From positions 25,276 through 89,275 of the forward strand of contig VXSG01000020.1 of the NCBI GenBank assembly GCA_009838075.1: a DNA stretch of 64,000 nucleotides, in the 5' to 3' direction. Numbering within the stretch: the stretch's first letter is position 1; every line of letters starts with the position of its first letter. This DNA is from Boseongicola sp. SB0665_bin_10 (lineage in GTDB: Bacteria; Pseudomonadota; Alphaproteobacteria; Rhodobacterales; Rhodobacteraceae). The translations under genes were made by a program, and so were the position numbers. The notes beneath the pieces are model-generated. The model was not told where the DNA came from, did not search any database, and was given only the letters and a program-made list of their open reading frames with translations. Shown here in pieces: positions 1 to 9,867 of this stretch.

Positions 1-220
1 CGCCGAGATCAGCGGCCTCGTGGCGACGGCAATCTCGCGGGCCCGCTAAGCCATGCGTATCCGCCGACCCGGTCTGCCAGGCAGTGCGTGGCGATCAAGT
101 GCACCGATGCGGAGATTGCATGCCACCGATCCTTGATTCACCAAGACTTGATCCTGCGACTTGATTCAAGAATGCTCGCCGAGCCGCGCAACTCTTCAGA
201 TTTCACACGGGGCCATCGCG

Positions 221-859
221 ATGTACAAACTCTACTACGCGCCCAAAAGCGCCTCCATGGGCGTCCGCGTCATCCTTGACGAAATCGGCGTTCCGTACGA
301 GCTCCTGGAAACGTCGATCGTGCAGGGTGAACAACGGCCACACGAGCAATTGAAGATCAACCCGAATGGCTGGGTTCCAGTGCTATTGTGGGAGTCAGGC
401 GCCATGTACGAATGCGCCGCGATAACGATCTTCTTGTGTGACCGCCACCCGGAAACCGGTCTCGCACCCGCGACAAACGCACCGACACGGGCGCTCTATC
501 TCCAAACGCTTGTCTATTTCTCCAACTCGGTACAGAACGCGTTTCAGCTGACCTACTATCCCGACCGATTTTCCAATTCTCCCGAAGGAGAACCAGGAGC
601 GCAAGAGCGAGGCAACCGTCGACTGCGGGAGACCTGGTCGGTTGTCGACAGGCAGATCGGTCGCAAGGAATGGGTGTTGGGCGACCACTTCAGCGCCGCC
701 GACATCTACCTGTTCATGCTGACTACTTGGCTGCGCCCGACCAAAGGGCATCCATCAGTCGAGGAATTTCCGAACGTAGGTCGTGTCGCGGGTGCTGTTG
801 CCCAAAGACCAACCGTGCAGCGAGTCTATGGACCCTGGTTCGCCAATCCAAACTCCTGA
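221..859 (+). CDS. glutathione S-transferase family protein
   Basis: ORF 161-859. The ATG at 221 gives 'MYKLYYAPKSASMGVRVILDEIGVPYELLE...INPNGWVPVLL', a thioredoxin-like GST N-domain, followed by a helical C-domain ('FSAADIYLFMLTTW'). Confidence 0.85.
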   Translation: MYKLYYAPKSASMGVRVILDEIGVPYELLETSIVQGEQRPHEQLKINPNGWVPVLLWESGAMYECAAITIFLCDRHPETGLAPATNAPTRALYLQTLVYFSNSVQNAFQLTYYPDRFSNSPEGEPGAQERGNRRLRETWSVVDRQIGRKEWVLGDHFSAADIYLFMLTTWLRPTKGHPSVEEFPNVGRVAGAVAQRPTVQRVYGPWFANPNS

Positions 860-1419
860 TCTTCGGCCAAGCCGGATCGGGAAGGGGTTCAAGCCTCAAA
901 TGCCAGACCTGCCGGACCGTCAAACCCGGCCATCGGGACACCTGCCCGGCCCTGTGTTGTCGGCGTTCGTTTCCAGTCCCGACACTGGGTCTTGGGGAGA
1001 AGCACGCCGGCCGCCTCCCGCCTCGACGCGGGCATTGAAGCCATCGGTCTGCAAGAACTTGATGTCCTCAAGGATATGTTCAATGCACGCCGCTTGCACC
1101 CGAGCCGGTCCCGGATTGCAAATTGCCGGATCATTTCGCAAAGGCCCATAGTGCCTCTGCCGCGACAATGCGGGAAAATTCGAATTCCAAAATGCGCGGC
1201 CATCAGAGCGACAGGTTTCACATCCTTGGCGCCCGACCTGGAGGGCGTTATCCAAGGCATGATGCGTCCGCCACCTGTTGAGACCAGTCTGCACTCGACG
1301 CTGCACGGTCGTCTCCGGAATCATTCAATCGTGAACAATGCGTGTAACAAGCCGCCCGAATTCATGCCGAGCGAGAGCGAGGCCTGTCTGACGTGGACAG
1401 GAGACCGGTTCGTGTGAGA

Positions 1420-2331
1420 TCATGCCGACCTGCGCTGAGGCTTCAGCGGTTCCGTGCGTGCCAGTCGCAGCAGGTACGCCATGAACGGCTGGCTGGTGTC
1501 CTTGTCCCGCGTCGCCGCGTAAAGCCGCCTTGTGATGCCCTTCTCGGTCAACGGCCGGGTCACGTAGTCGGAATCAAGCTTCACGTCCCGCAACACCCAA
1601 TCGGGAAGGACGGCCACACCTCGATTTGACGCCACGAGCAGCAGGATCACGGCCGTCAGTTCCACCTGCCGGACCGCACGAGGCTCGACCTTTGCGGGCA
1701 GGAGCAATTCCGTGAATACGTCAAGCCTGGATCGATCCACCGGATAGGTGATCAGGGTCTCGTCGCGAAAGTCGTCAGCGACGACAAACTCCTTGGCGGC
1801 AAGCGGATGGTGCGATGACGCAACAAAGACCGGCTCATAGTCAAAGAGCGCCGAAAAATCGATGCCGTCCAGGCATTCCGGATCCGATGAAACGACAACG
1901 TCGACGTCCTCACGCTGAAGCGCTGGCAATGCCTCGAAGGCAAGGCCGGGGCGAATGTCCACGTCCACATCCGGCCACGCTCGACGAAACTGCTCCAAAA
2001 CTGGAAAGAGCCATTCGAAGCACGCGTGGCACTCGATCGCGATATGCAGCCTTCCGGACCGTCCCTGCCGGAGATTGCGAAAGTCCTCCTCCAGCGCCTC
2101 CACTTCGGGAAGGACCCTTTCCGCGAGCTTCAGGAACCGCATGCCCGCAGCCGAGAGTCGCAGCGGCTTGGTGCGACGCACGAAGAGTTCCACGCCAGCC
2201 TGGTCCTCGAGCCCCTTCACCTGATGGCTGAGGGCGGACTGGGTAATGTTCATCCGGTCCGCAGCCCGCGACAGACCCCCTGCGTCGTTGATCGCCTTGA
2301 TCGCGCGCAGATGGCGCAGCTCGAAGTACAT
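1420..2331 (-). CDS. metR: LysR-family transcriptional regulator, MetR-like
   Basis: ORF 1420-2331. The wHTH 'LSRAADRMNITQSALSHQVKGLEDQAGVELFVRRTKPLRLSAAG' and 'HIAIECHACFEWLFPVLEQFRRAWPDV' parallel E. coli MetR as I recall it. The gene is divergent from metF. Confidence 0.8.
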   Translation of the reverse strand: MYFELRHLRAIKAINDAGGLSRAADRMNITQSALSHQVKGLEDQAGVELFVRRTKPLRLSAAGMRFLKLAERVLPEVEALEEDFRNLRQGRSGRLHIAIECHACFEWLFPVLEQFRRAWPDVDVDIRPGLAFEALPALQREDVDVVVSSDPECLDGIDFSALFDYEPVFVASSHHPLAAKEFVVADDFRDETLITYPVDRSRLDVFTELLLPAKVEPRAVRQVELTAVILLLVASNRGVAVLPDWVLRDVKLDSDYVTRPLTEKGITRRLYAATRDKDTSQPFMAYLLRLARTEPLKPQRRSA

Positions 2332-2351
2332 GCGAAGGCCTCATAATCTTA

Positions 2352-2375
2352 GTGAATATTATGCAATTGTTTCAC
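2352..2375. promoter_or_regulatory. inverted repeat GTGAA-N14-TTCAC in the AT-rich metR/metF divergent intergenic region (candidate LysR/MetR operator)
   Basis: Read directly: 'aGTGAAtattatgcaattgtTTCACa'. This is the only AT-rich patch between the two start codons (2332-2423). Confidence 0.3.
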
Positions 2376-2423
2376 AATTTGGCTCGTGGCACAAGAGGCC
2401 CGACCCGAGGGAGTTCCAGGCCA

Positions 2424-3290
2424 ATGCCCCTGTCCAGCCTTTCATTCGAGTTCTTCCCGCCCAAAGGAATCCGGGCGTCATTGCGGCTTTGGGAAGCCGT
2501 GAGCGAACTCGCTCCCCTTGGCCCTGACTTTGTCTCCGTGACTTTCGGCGCTGGCGGCGTCCAACATGGTCTGACGCTAGACACGGTCAAGGCGATCAAG
2601 AAGCACTTCAATCTCGTTGTTGCGGCACACCTGACCTGCTGCAACGCAACCCGCGAGGAAACGCTGGAAGTCGCTGAATCCTATTCTGCCGCCGGTGTCA
2701 GGGAGATCGTCGCATTGAGAGGCGACCCGCCGACCGGCACCGGCACGTTCCGCCCCCATCCTGGCGGTTTCGAGGACAGTTGCGCGCTGATCTCGGCGCT
2801 TGCCGAACTGAAAAAGTTCAGCATACGCGCCAGCGCCTATCCCGACCCGCATCCTGACGCGACCGGGCCGGGTGCAGATGTGGAGTGGCTGAAGCGCAAG
2901 GTTGACGCTGGTGCGACGTCAGCAATCACCCAGTTCTTTTTCGAGGCGGAAAGCTACTTTCGATTTCGTGACGCCTGCGACGCCGCCCGCATCAACGTGC
3001 CGATCATTCCTGGCATTCTGCCCATCGAGGACTGGACGCGAATGAAGCGCTTCGCGAGACGCTGCGACGCACATGTTCCCGCTTGGCTGGCAGACGCCTT
3101 CGAGACCGCGGTTCGCGACGACCGCCATGATCTCCTGGCGATTTCCGTCTGCACGGAACTCTGCAGCGACCTGCTGGATGGCGGTGTCGAGAACCTGCAC
3201 TTCTATACGCTCAACAAGCCGAATCTGACCCGTGAAGTGATCCGCGCACTCAGGACCGCTCCGACAGCCAGCCTGCGCTACGTCGCCTGA
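2424..3290 (+). CDS. metF: 5,10-methylenetetrahydrofolate reductase
   Basis: ORF 2352-3290 carries 'LSFEFFPPK', 'VTFGAGG' and 'VALRGDPP'. Start placed at ATG 2424 (GAGGGAG upstream). The first 24 codons of the ORF are Arg-rich and look non-coding. Confidence 0.9.
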   Translation: MPLSSLSFEFFPPKGIRASLRLWEAVSELAPLGPDFVSVTFGAGGVQHGLTLDTVKAIKKHFNLVVAAHLTCCNATREETLEVAESYSAAGVREIVALRGDPPTGTGTFRPHPGGFEDSCALISALAELKKFSIRASAYPDPHPDATGPGADVEWLKRKVDAGATSAITQFFFEAESYFRFRDACDAARINVPIIPGILPIEDWTRMKRFARRCDAHVPAWLADAFETAVRDDRHDLLAISVCTELCSDLLDGGVENLHFYTLNKPNLTREVIRALRTAPTASLRYVA

Positions 3291-3545
3291 AGACAAGGCA
3301 AGTCCCAGGGATTGCCGTGCGACGACGTCTGGCTGCCTCGGGTGGACCCTTGCCAATCAAACGAAGAATCGTCATGCGCCTTGAAGGACATCCGAAAGAA
3401 TCCCGGAACGTCATCCTGGCAGGCCTCACGAGATTGCGCATTGTTGCAAATTTGAAGTGACTTTCGGGCCATCAACTCCTATGGTGCCCAAAAGAGTGGC
3501 CGCGAAGGCCATCGACCAGGCAACAGCCAAGAGAGGGCAGATCTG

Positions 3546-4100
3546 ATGATGTCCATCCCCCGTCGCACCCTGCTATCGGGTGCCGCAGCAACCCTTGCAT
3601 TGTCCGCATGCAGCAGCGGAGGCCGAAGCGGTGCCGCCAAGGTCGACGCGCGGGCAGATGCTGCGCTGGCGTTCATTGACTCGAACCATCCGGACACCAA
3701 GGAACTCCGCGAAAAGGCCGCCGGAATGCTGGTCATGCCCCTCGTGACGGAAGCAAGCTTCTTTTATGGCGGTGCCTACGGGCGTGGCGCACTCAGGATC
3801 AATGACGCAACCGTGGACTATTATTCGGCGACACAGGCAAGCTTCGGAATCCAGGCAGGCGCGCAACAATACGCGCATATCCTGTACTTCATGACGGAAG
3901 AGGCGCTCTCGAGTTTCCGCGCATCAAAGGGATGGGCTGCAGGCGCGGACATCGAATACGTCTCCAAGGACGTCGGCGGCAACATTGGTGCCGAAACCAC
4001 GACCGCTCTCGCCCCGATCATCGGCATTGTGTTCGGTCAGGCCGGGCTTCTCGCAGGAGCTTCCGTGACAGGCACGAAGTACACGCGGATCATTCCCTGA
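3546..4100 (+). CDS. SYLF (Ysc84-like) lipid-binding domain lipoprotein
   Basis: Signal peptide with lipobox 'RRTLLSGAAATLALSAC'. SYLF-like core 'AGMLVMPLVTEASFFYGGAYGRGALR...SFGIQAGAQQY...GWAAGADIEYV'. Confidence 0.7.
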   Translation: MMSIPRRTLLSGAAATLALSACSSGGRSGAAKVDARADAALAFIDSNHPDTKELREKAAGMLVMPLVTEASFFYGGAYGRGALRINDATVDYYSATQASFGIQAGAQQYAHILYFMTEEALSSFRASKGWAAGADIEYVSKDVGGNIGAETTTALAPIIGIVFGQAGLLAGASVTGTKYTRIIP

Positions 4101-4146
4101 CCTGCACCATGCGCCGCCCAATGCGGCGAACGCAGAAACTAGACCT

Positions 4147-5019
4147 TCAATCAAGCTCGCGAAGGCGCTTGAAGAGGCTTGAGGTGTCCCAACGCCCTCC
4201 TCCCATTTTCTGCACATCCTTGTAGAACTGGTCGACCAATGCCGTCACCGGAAGGCTGGCACCGAACTGATTCGCCGCGGCCAGGCAAATGCCCAGATCC
4301 TTTCGCATCCAGTCCACGGCAAAACCGTGCTCGAAGTGATCGTCGAGCATGGTTTCGTGGCGATTTGACATCTGCCAAGAGCCGGCGGCGCCCTGGCTGA
4401 TCACCTCGACCACCGCACGCCCGTCCAGACCCGCCTTCTCAGCAAAGTGAAGCGCCTCTGACAATGCCTGGACAAGTCCCGCAATCGCGATCTGATTCGC
4501 CATCTTCGTCAGCTGCCCGGATCCGCTCTCACCGATTCTGCGACAGATCCGTGCATATGCCTGCATTATCGGCTCCGCGCGACGGAACGCGTCCTCTTCC
4601 CCGCCGCACATGATCGAGAGCTGGCCGCTTTCGGCTCCTGCCTGCCCGCCGCTTATCGGAGCGTCAACGAAGGACAGGCCGAGTTCGCCGGCCACCGTGC
4701 AAAGCTCGCGCGTGACATCGGACGAAACCGTTGTGTGGTCCACGAAGATCGCCCCCGCCGACATTCCCGCAAAGGCCCCGTCCGCCCCTAGGCAGACCGC
4801 GCGCAGATCGTCATCATTTCCCACGCAGGTCATGACAAAGTCCGCACCCTCAGCCGCTTCACGGGGCCTTGCGCAAAATCCGCCGCCGTGCTCCTTGGCC
4901 CAAGCCTCAGCCTTGGCTCCGGTGCGGTTGTAAACGGTGACGTCATGCCCTGCGGCCACCAGGTGACCCGCCATCGGATACCCCATGACGCCGAGCCCCA
5001 AGAACGCACAAATTGCCAT
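4147..5019 (-). CDS. NAD(P)-dependent 3-hydroxyisobutyrate/6-phosphogluconate dehydrogenase-family oxidoreductase
   Basis: ORF 4147-5100. ATG 5019 (GAGGGGGG upstream) gives 'MAICAFLGLGVMGYPMAGHLVAAGHDVTVYNRT', a Rossmann motif, plus the HIBADH-type C-domain. Confidence 0.85.
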   Translation of the reverse strand: MAICAFLGLGVMGYPMAGHLVAAGHDVTVYNRTGAKAEAWAKEHGGGFCARPREAAEGADFVMTCVGNDDDLRAVCLGADGAFAGMSAGAIFVDHTTVSSDVTRELCTVAGELGLSFVDAPISGGQAGAESGQLSIMCGGEEDAFRRAEPIMQAYARICRRIGESGSGQLTKMANQIAIAGLVQALSEALHFAEKAGLDGRAVVEVISQGAAGSWQMSNRHETMLDDHFEHGFAVDWMRKDLGICLAAANQFGASLPVTALVDQFYKDVQKMGGGRWDTSSLFKRLRELD

Positions 5020-5098
5020 GGAATCCCCCCTCGCTGCGGCATAATCTTTGCGTGCCGATCTTCCTACCGCACAAGCGGACGCAGTCAACAAGGCACAC

Positions 5099-7561
5099 AT
5101 GGTCGCTCTGTTTCGCTGGCTTACTCGAATCGTTGCCGGGCTACTGGCCCTGGGACTGGTCCTTGCCGCGAGTCTGTACTGGCTTCTGTCACGCTCGATT
5201 CCGGACTATTCGGAGACCCTGTCGGTCGCGGGCATCACCGCTCCGGTCGAGATCGTGCGCGACAACGCGGGCGTTCCGCATGTCCTTGGCGAAACCGACG
5301 AGGACGTTTTCTTCGGACTTGGCCTGGCACATGCTCAGGACAGGCTCTGGCAAATGACCATGCTTCGGCGCACGGCGCAGGGACAGCTTTCGGAGCTGTT
5401 CGGAGCCCGCGCGCTGCCAATCGACGAGCTGATGCGAAGGCTGGACATCTATTCGCAGGCAGTTGCCTCGGTTGAGGCACAGGATACCTACACACGCCGT
5501 GCGCTCGAGGCATACGCTGCAGGAGTCAATGCCTGGCTGGCCGAAGTCAATGCGGGCAACCGCGGTCGCGGGGCGCCCGAATTCTGGTTGTTCGAACCCG
5601 TGATCGCGCTTTGGCAACCCGCGGATTCGATCGTCATCGGAAAGCTCATGGCCCTGCGGCTCTCCGGACATCTTCGTGACGAGGTGCTGCGTGCGCAGCT
5701 ATCCGGCATGCTGCCGGCGGCACGCCTGCTTGACATTCTTCCGGACACGTCGGACGACAGCGCAGCTGCCACGTCCGATTTCGCGACGATTTTTGGCACT
5801 CCCATGCCCCGGCACGCGTCGGCCTCCGCGCCCCACCTGCAGCTTTCGCCCGTCCCGTCACCCGGAGCCGAAGGCGCATCGAACGCGTGGGCGGCCGCGC
5901 CCGGGAGGTCGGCGGCGGGCGGCACCCTTCTCGCAAACGACCCGCATCTCGAGTTTACGGCTCCGTCGATCTGGTACCTGGCGCGGCTGGAACTGGCCAC
6001 GGGCGGCGTGATCGGCGGGACAATCCCAGGAATCCCGGTCGTGCTGACAGGCCGGTCCGAGCGCCTTGGCTGGGGCCTCACCTATACCTATGCCGACGAC
6101 CAGGACCTCTTTCTGGAGAAGCTGAACCCGGATGACCCGGAAGAGGTTCTCGCACCTGACGGATGGAAACGGCTCGAATCGCGCCCCTCGATAATAAACG
6201 TGAAGAATTCGGAACCCGTGACCGTCACATTGCGATGGAGCGAAAACGGCCCGATACTGTCCAACTCCAGCTACGATCTTGCATCCATCGTCCCGCCCGG
6301 TCACGTCGCGGCACTTGCCTGGACTGCCCTGGACGCCGCCGACACGTCTGCACAGGCCATGATGGAGCTCATGCGCGCGGGAAACATTGACGAGGCAATT
6401 GCAGCGGGCGAGGATTTCGTTGCACCGCCGCAGAATCTCGTTGTCGTTGACCACGAAAGGATCGCGCTCAAGGTCATTGGGACGATGCCCCGTCGCTCGG
6501 CCAGAAGCCAGACACTGGGTCGCGTTCCGACACCGGGCTGGCATTCGGAAAACCGATGGCTGGGCATCCTCCCTTACGCAACGAATCCGGAATTCCGGAT
6601 CCCGGCCAACGGCATCATCGGAAACACGAACAACAGGATCACGGACCGGCCCTACCCCTTGCATGTCAGTCATCGCTGGGGCGACACGCAAAGGATTCAG
6701 AGATGGCAGCGCCTGATGGAGAACCGAAAGGTCCACACGCGCGAGAGTTTCATCGAGGCGCAGCTTGACGCTGTTTCCGTCTCCGCGCGCACACTGCTTC
6801 CGTTGATCGCGCGTGACCTCTGGTTCACGGGTGAAGCAGCAGAGAGCGGCACGGTCGAGCGTCTGCGCCGTGACGCCCTGGATCTTCTGGCCGACTGGAA
6901 CGGCGAGATGAACGAGCACATCCCGGAACCACTGATCTACGCGGCCTGGATGCAGCGGTTGCAGGACCGGCTGATCAGGGATGAGCTCGGCCCGCTCGCG
7001 GACAGGTTTCCCAACGCCAAGCCGATTTTCCTCGAACGCGTTTTCCGGAACATCGAAGGAGCGGAAGAGTGGTGCGACGTGATCCAGTCCGAAGATGTCG
7101 AAACATGCGGCGAAATCGCGCGACTCTCGCTTGACGATGCGCTGCTTTGGATCGACGAAACCTACGGCACACCGCTTGAAACGCTGCGCTGGGGCGACGC
7201 GCACCAGGCCCTCCACAAGCACCCTGTGCTTGGAGAAAGTGGTTGGCTGGCCGCTCTCGTGAACATCCGCCAGTCAACTTCCGGCGGAGACCACACGCTG
7301 CTTCGCGGTCAGGCCGTCGGCGCCGGGTCGGAGCCCTTTCTCAGCCGCCGCGGGGCCGGATATCGTGGCGTATACGACTTTGCCGATCCGGACAGCTCGG
7401 TCTTCGTGATCTCCACCGGACAGTCCGGGCACCCGCTGAGCCCCCACTATGAAGATCTCGGCGAACTCTGGCGTCGCGGCGAATACATCCCGATGGTGCT
7501 CGATCCGGATCTCGCGAGGGCAGGTTCGATTGGAACCATCTGGCTGCTGCCGGACGAATGA
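5099..7561 (+). CDS. penicillin acylase family Ntn-hydrolase (possible N-acyl-homoserine lactone acylase)
   Basis: ORF 5048-7561. ATG 5099 gives the membrane anchor 'MVALFRWLTRIVAGLLALGLVLAA'. The beta-subunit nucleophile context 'GASNAWAAAP...LLANDPHL' is present. Confidence 0.85.
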   Translation: MVALFRWLTRIVAGLLALGLVLAASLYWLLSRSIPDYSETLSVAGITAPVEIVRDNAGVPHVLGETDEDVFFGLGLAHAQDRLWQMTMLRRTAQGQLSELFGARALPIDELMRRLDIYSQAVASVEAQDTYTRRALEAYAAGVNAWLAEVNAGNRGRGAPEFWLFEPVIALWQPADSIVIGKLMALRLSGHLRDEVLRAQLSGMLPAARLLDILPDTSDDSAAATSDFATIFGTPMPRHASASAPHLQLSPVPSPGAEGASNAWAAAPGRSAAGGTLLANDPHLEFTAPSIWYLARLELATGGVIGGTIPGIPVVLTGRSERLGWGLTYTYADDQDLFLEKLNPDDPEEVLAPDGWKRLESRPSIINVKNSEPVTVTLRWSENGPILSNSSYDLASIVPPGHVAALAWTALDAADTSAQAMMELMRAGNIDEAIAAGEDFVAPPQNLVVVDHERIALKVIGTMPRRSARSQTLGRVPTPGWHSENRWLGILPYATNPEFRIPANGIIGNTNNRITDRPYPLHVSHRWGDTQRIQRWQRLMENRKVHTRESFIEAQLDAVSVSARTLLPLIARDLWFTGEAAESGTVERLRRDALDLLADWNGEMNEHIPEPLIYAAWMQRLQDRLIRDELGPLADRFPNAKPIFLERVFRNIEGAEEWCDVIQSEDVETCGEIARLSLDDALLWIDETYGTPLETLRWGDAHQALHKHPVLGESGWLAALVNIRQSTSGGDHTLLRGQAVGAGSEPFLSRRGAGYRGVYDFADPDSSVFVISTGQSGHPLSPHYEDLGELWRRGEYIPMVLDPDLARAGSIGTIWLLPDE

Positions 7562-7573
7562 GGAAGCAGCCGT

Positions 7574-8827
7574 TCAAAGCCTCGAATAGCGAATGGACTG
7601 TGACGTAGTCCAGTTGACCTCGATCCTGCTTCCGGTCTCGCTCTCGGTCTCTCCCACCACGACTCGCTGATCATACAGCCAGGCGCGCTTTCGTCCTTCC
7701 TTATGCGTGATCTCGATCACGGCATGGCTTCGCCCAACATCGAGCGCGGCTTCGATGCGTTCCAGCAAGGGCGCGATGCCGACCTCGTCAAGGGCGGAGA
7801 TCATCACCGCGTTTCCCCTGCGTGACGCGATCGTGCCCAGCGAGGTCCGCGCATCCTCGTCCAGACGGTCGATCTTGTTCCAGACCTCGATCACGACACT
7901 CTCCTCGCCAACTCCGAGGCCCTCCAGGATTGCGAGCACATCGCCCCGCTGCTCCTCGGTCTCGAGATGGGAAATGTCCCGGACATGCAGGATGACATCG
8001 GCGACCGGAACCTCTTCAAGCGTCGCGCGAAACGCCGCCACAAGCTGCGTAGGCAAATCAGAAATGAATCCAACCGTGTCGGACAGAATTGCCTCCTGGC
8101 CCGAATTGGGCAGCCGCACGACCCGCATTGTTGGATCGAGCGTTGCAAAGAGCATGTCCTTCGCCAGCACGCCCGCCCCTGTCAGTCGGTTGAAGATCGT
8201 CGACTTTCCCGCATTCGTGTAGCCGACGAGCGCCACGACCGGAAAGGGAATCCTTGCGCGAGCTTTCCTGTGCAAGCCCCGAGTCTTGGCGACCTTCTCC
8301 ACTTGGCGCCTGAGGCGCATCAATTGTTCATCGATGGCCCTGCGGTCGGCTTCTATCTGGGTCTCTCCGGGACCACCCACGAATCCCAGGCCGCCCCGCT
8401 GGCGTTCGAGATGCGTCCATGCCCGAACCAGGCGCGTCCGCTGGTAGGACAGCGCGGCCATTTCGACCTGCAGTACGCCCTCACGCGTCGCTGCACGGTC
8501 CGAAAAGATCTCGAGGATCAACGCCGTGCGATCCAGGAGCTTGACCTTCCACTCGCGCTCCAGGTTCCGCTGCTGCACGGGACTCACCTGCCCGTTCACA
8601 AGGACCAGCTCCACATGCAGGGCCTCGACGAGTGCACGTATTTCCTCGACCTTGCCCCTGCCGAACAACATCGCCGGAGCAACGCGTTGGACCCGTACCA
8701 GTTCAGCGCCCGCAAGCGCGACCCTTGGCAAGGCCGCAGCCAGCGAGGCAGCCTCTTCGAGTGCCAGGCTCGGGTCGCGTCGCCGTCCCTGGCCTCGAAT
8801 GTCCGGATGAAGCACGAGGGCCCGCAC
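7574..8827 (-). CDS. hflX: GTPase HflX
   Basis: HflX N-domain 'LILEIFSDRAATREGVLQVEMAALSYQ', P-loop 'GYTNAGKSTIFNRLTG' and 'SDTVGFI'. GTG start at 8827. Lies downstream of hfq. Confidence 0.9.
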   Translation of the reverse strand: MRALVLHPDIRGQGRRRDPSLALEEAASLAAALPRVALAGAELVRVQRVAPAMLFGRGKVEEIRALVEALHVELVLVNGQVSPVQQRNLEREWKVKLLDRTALILEIFSDRAATREGVLQVEMAALSYQRTRLVRAWTHLERQRGGLGFVGGPGETQIEADRRAIDEQLMRLRRQVEKVAKTRGLHRKARARIPFPVVALVGYTNAGKSTIFNRLTGAGVLAKDMLFATLDPTMRVVRLPNSGQEAILSDTVGFISDLPTQLVAAFRATLEEVPVADVILHVRDISHLETEEQRGDVLAILEGLGVGEESVVIEVWNKIDRLDEDARTSLGTIASRRGNAVMISALDEVGIAPLLERIEAALDVGRSHAVIEITHKEGRKRAWLYDQRVVVGETESETGSRIEVNWTTSQSIRYSRL

Positions 8828-8836
8828 GTCCCGGCG

Positions 8837-9241
8837 TCACCCCTGCTCCAGGCAGGATGCCACTTCCCCCGGATGCGGGAGGCGCGCCGGGCCTTGTGTG
8901 CCGTGCATTGTTTCCATTCTCGCTGCGGGCATGTGTTGAGGATGCGTCCATGCCCGTCGCTTCGCTGAACGATGAACGACGCGGCACTGCATTTGGGAGA
9001 TGCCCCGAACGGCGCCTTTGGCGGTCAGGGTGTCGAAGGAACCTGCGCAATTCGCGACGTGCGCGATGGCCTCCGTCCGCAGGCCGCCGGCGAAGGTCTC
9101 CGCCATCAGGCAACCGACGCGGAATCCGGAACGGAGATCGCCCTTCCTCTTCGTATCCGAAACATTCTTCATCTCGAGCGGCCTTGTCTGGTCCCTGATC
9201 CAGTCCCGAATCCTGCGGGCGAACGAATGAGGGCGGATCAT
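8837..9241 (-). CDS. hypothetical protein (134 aa) between hfq and hflX
   Basis: Internal ATG 9241 of ORF 8837-9346 is preceded by GAAGGAGGGG. A hand count of third codon positions over the first 40 codons gives about 75% G/C, similar to hfq. I recognise no family. The protein is basic and His/Cys-containing. Confidence 0.35.
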   Translation of the reverse strand: MIRPHSFARRIRDWIRDQTRPLEMKNVSDTKRKGDLRSGFRVGCLMAETFAGGLRTEAIAHVANCAGSFDTLTAKGAVRGISQMQCRVVHRSAKRRAWTHPQHMPAARMETMHGTQGPARLPHPGEVASCLEQG

Positions 9242-9603
9242 GACGGCTCGCCCCTCCTTCGGAAGCGTCGCCGCCCGCGCCGGATGGCGCGGCATCAGCG
9301 GGTCGCCCCGCCTGCCAAGGACGGAATGGCGCGGCCTGCGCCGCACCCGGTGTCGCGTGAGCCTCTTCGCCGAGGCCGGCTTAGGCCGGGCTTCCCTCGC
9401 ATGACAAGACGCCGCGCGTCACGAGTCGCTCCGCTTCGTGACGGACCCGGTGCGTCCGCTGCCGAAACCTCGAGCGGCCGGCGTCGCGGAACCATGCTGG
9501 AGGCGATCTTGAACGCGTGGTTCAGGGCGAATTTGATTCCAGTCCCAGTTCCTGCGCTGGTCAACATGGACTCTCTGGGCTTCCGTCCCTCAAGCCCCTC
9601 CTT

Positions 9604-9867
9604 TCAGGAAGGGGTCTCGGGCGCTTGTTCACTCTGTCCTTCGCTGTCGTAAAGAGAAATCGGCTGCGCCGGCATGATGGTCGAAATTGCATGCTTGTAG
9701 ACGAGTTGAGACTGGCCATCGCGTCGCAGCAGGACACAAAAGTTGTCAAACCACGTGATGACGCCCTGCAGCTTCACGCCGTTTACCAGGAACACCGTCA
9801 CGGAAATCTTCGACTTCCTGATGTGGTTCAAGAACACGTCTTGCAGATTCTGTCTGTCTGTTGCCAT
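9604..9867 (-). CDS. hfq: RNA chaperone Hfq
   Basis: '[58 protein letters not shown]' contains the Sm1/Sm2 motifs. Confidence 0.95.
   Translation of the reverse strand: MATDRQNLQDVFLNHIRKSKISVTVFLVNGVKLQGVITWFDNFCVLLRRDGQSQLVYKHAISTIMPAQPISLYDSEGQSEQAPETPS

Noticed and set aside
886-895. The tRNA-like T-arm sequence 'GGTTCAAGCC'.
   Set aside because: The flanks cannot form an acceptor stem, D-arm or anticodon arm. The match is an isolated decamer.
1383-1401. The shared core 'CCTGTC...GACAGG(AG)' in the hairpins at 1383-1401 and 57049-57076 suggested a dispersed repeat family.
   Set aside because: Only a 6-8 nt core is shared, and the loops and flanks differ. An 8-mer is expected to recur by chance in 128 kb of two-strand sequence ('ctcctgtc' also occurs near 12187 inside trkA).
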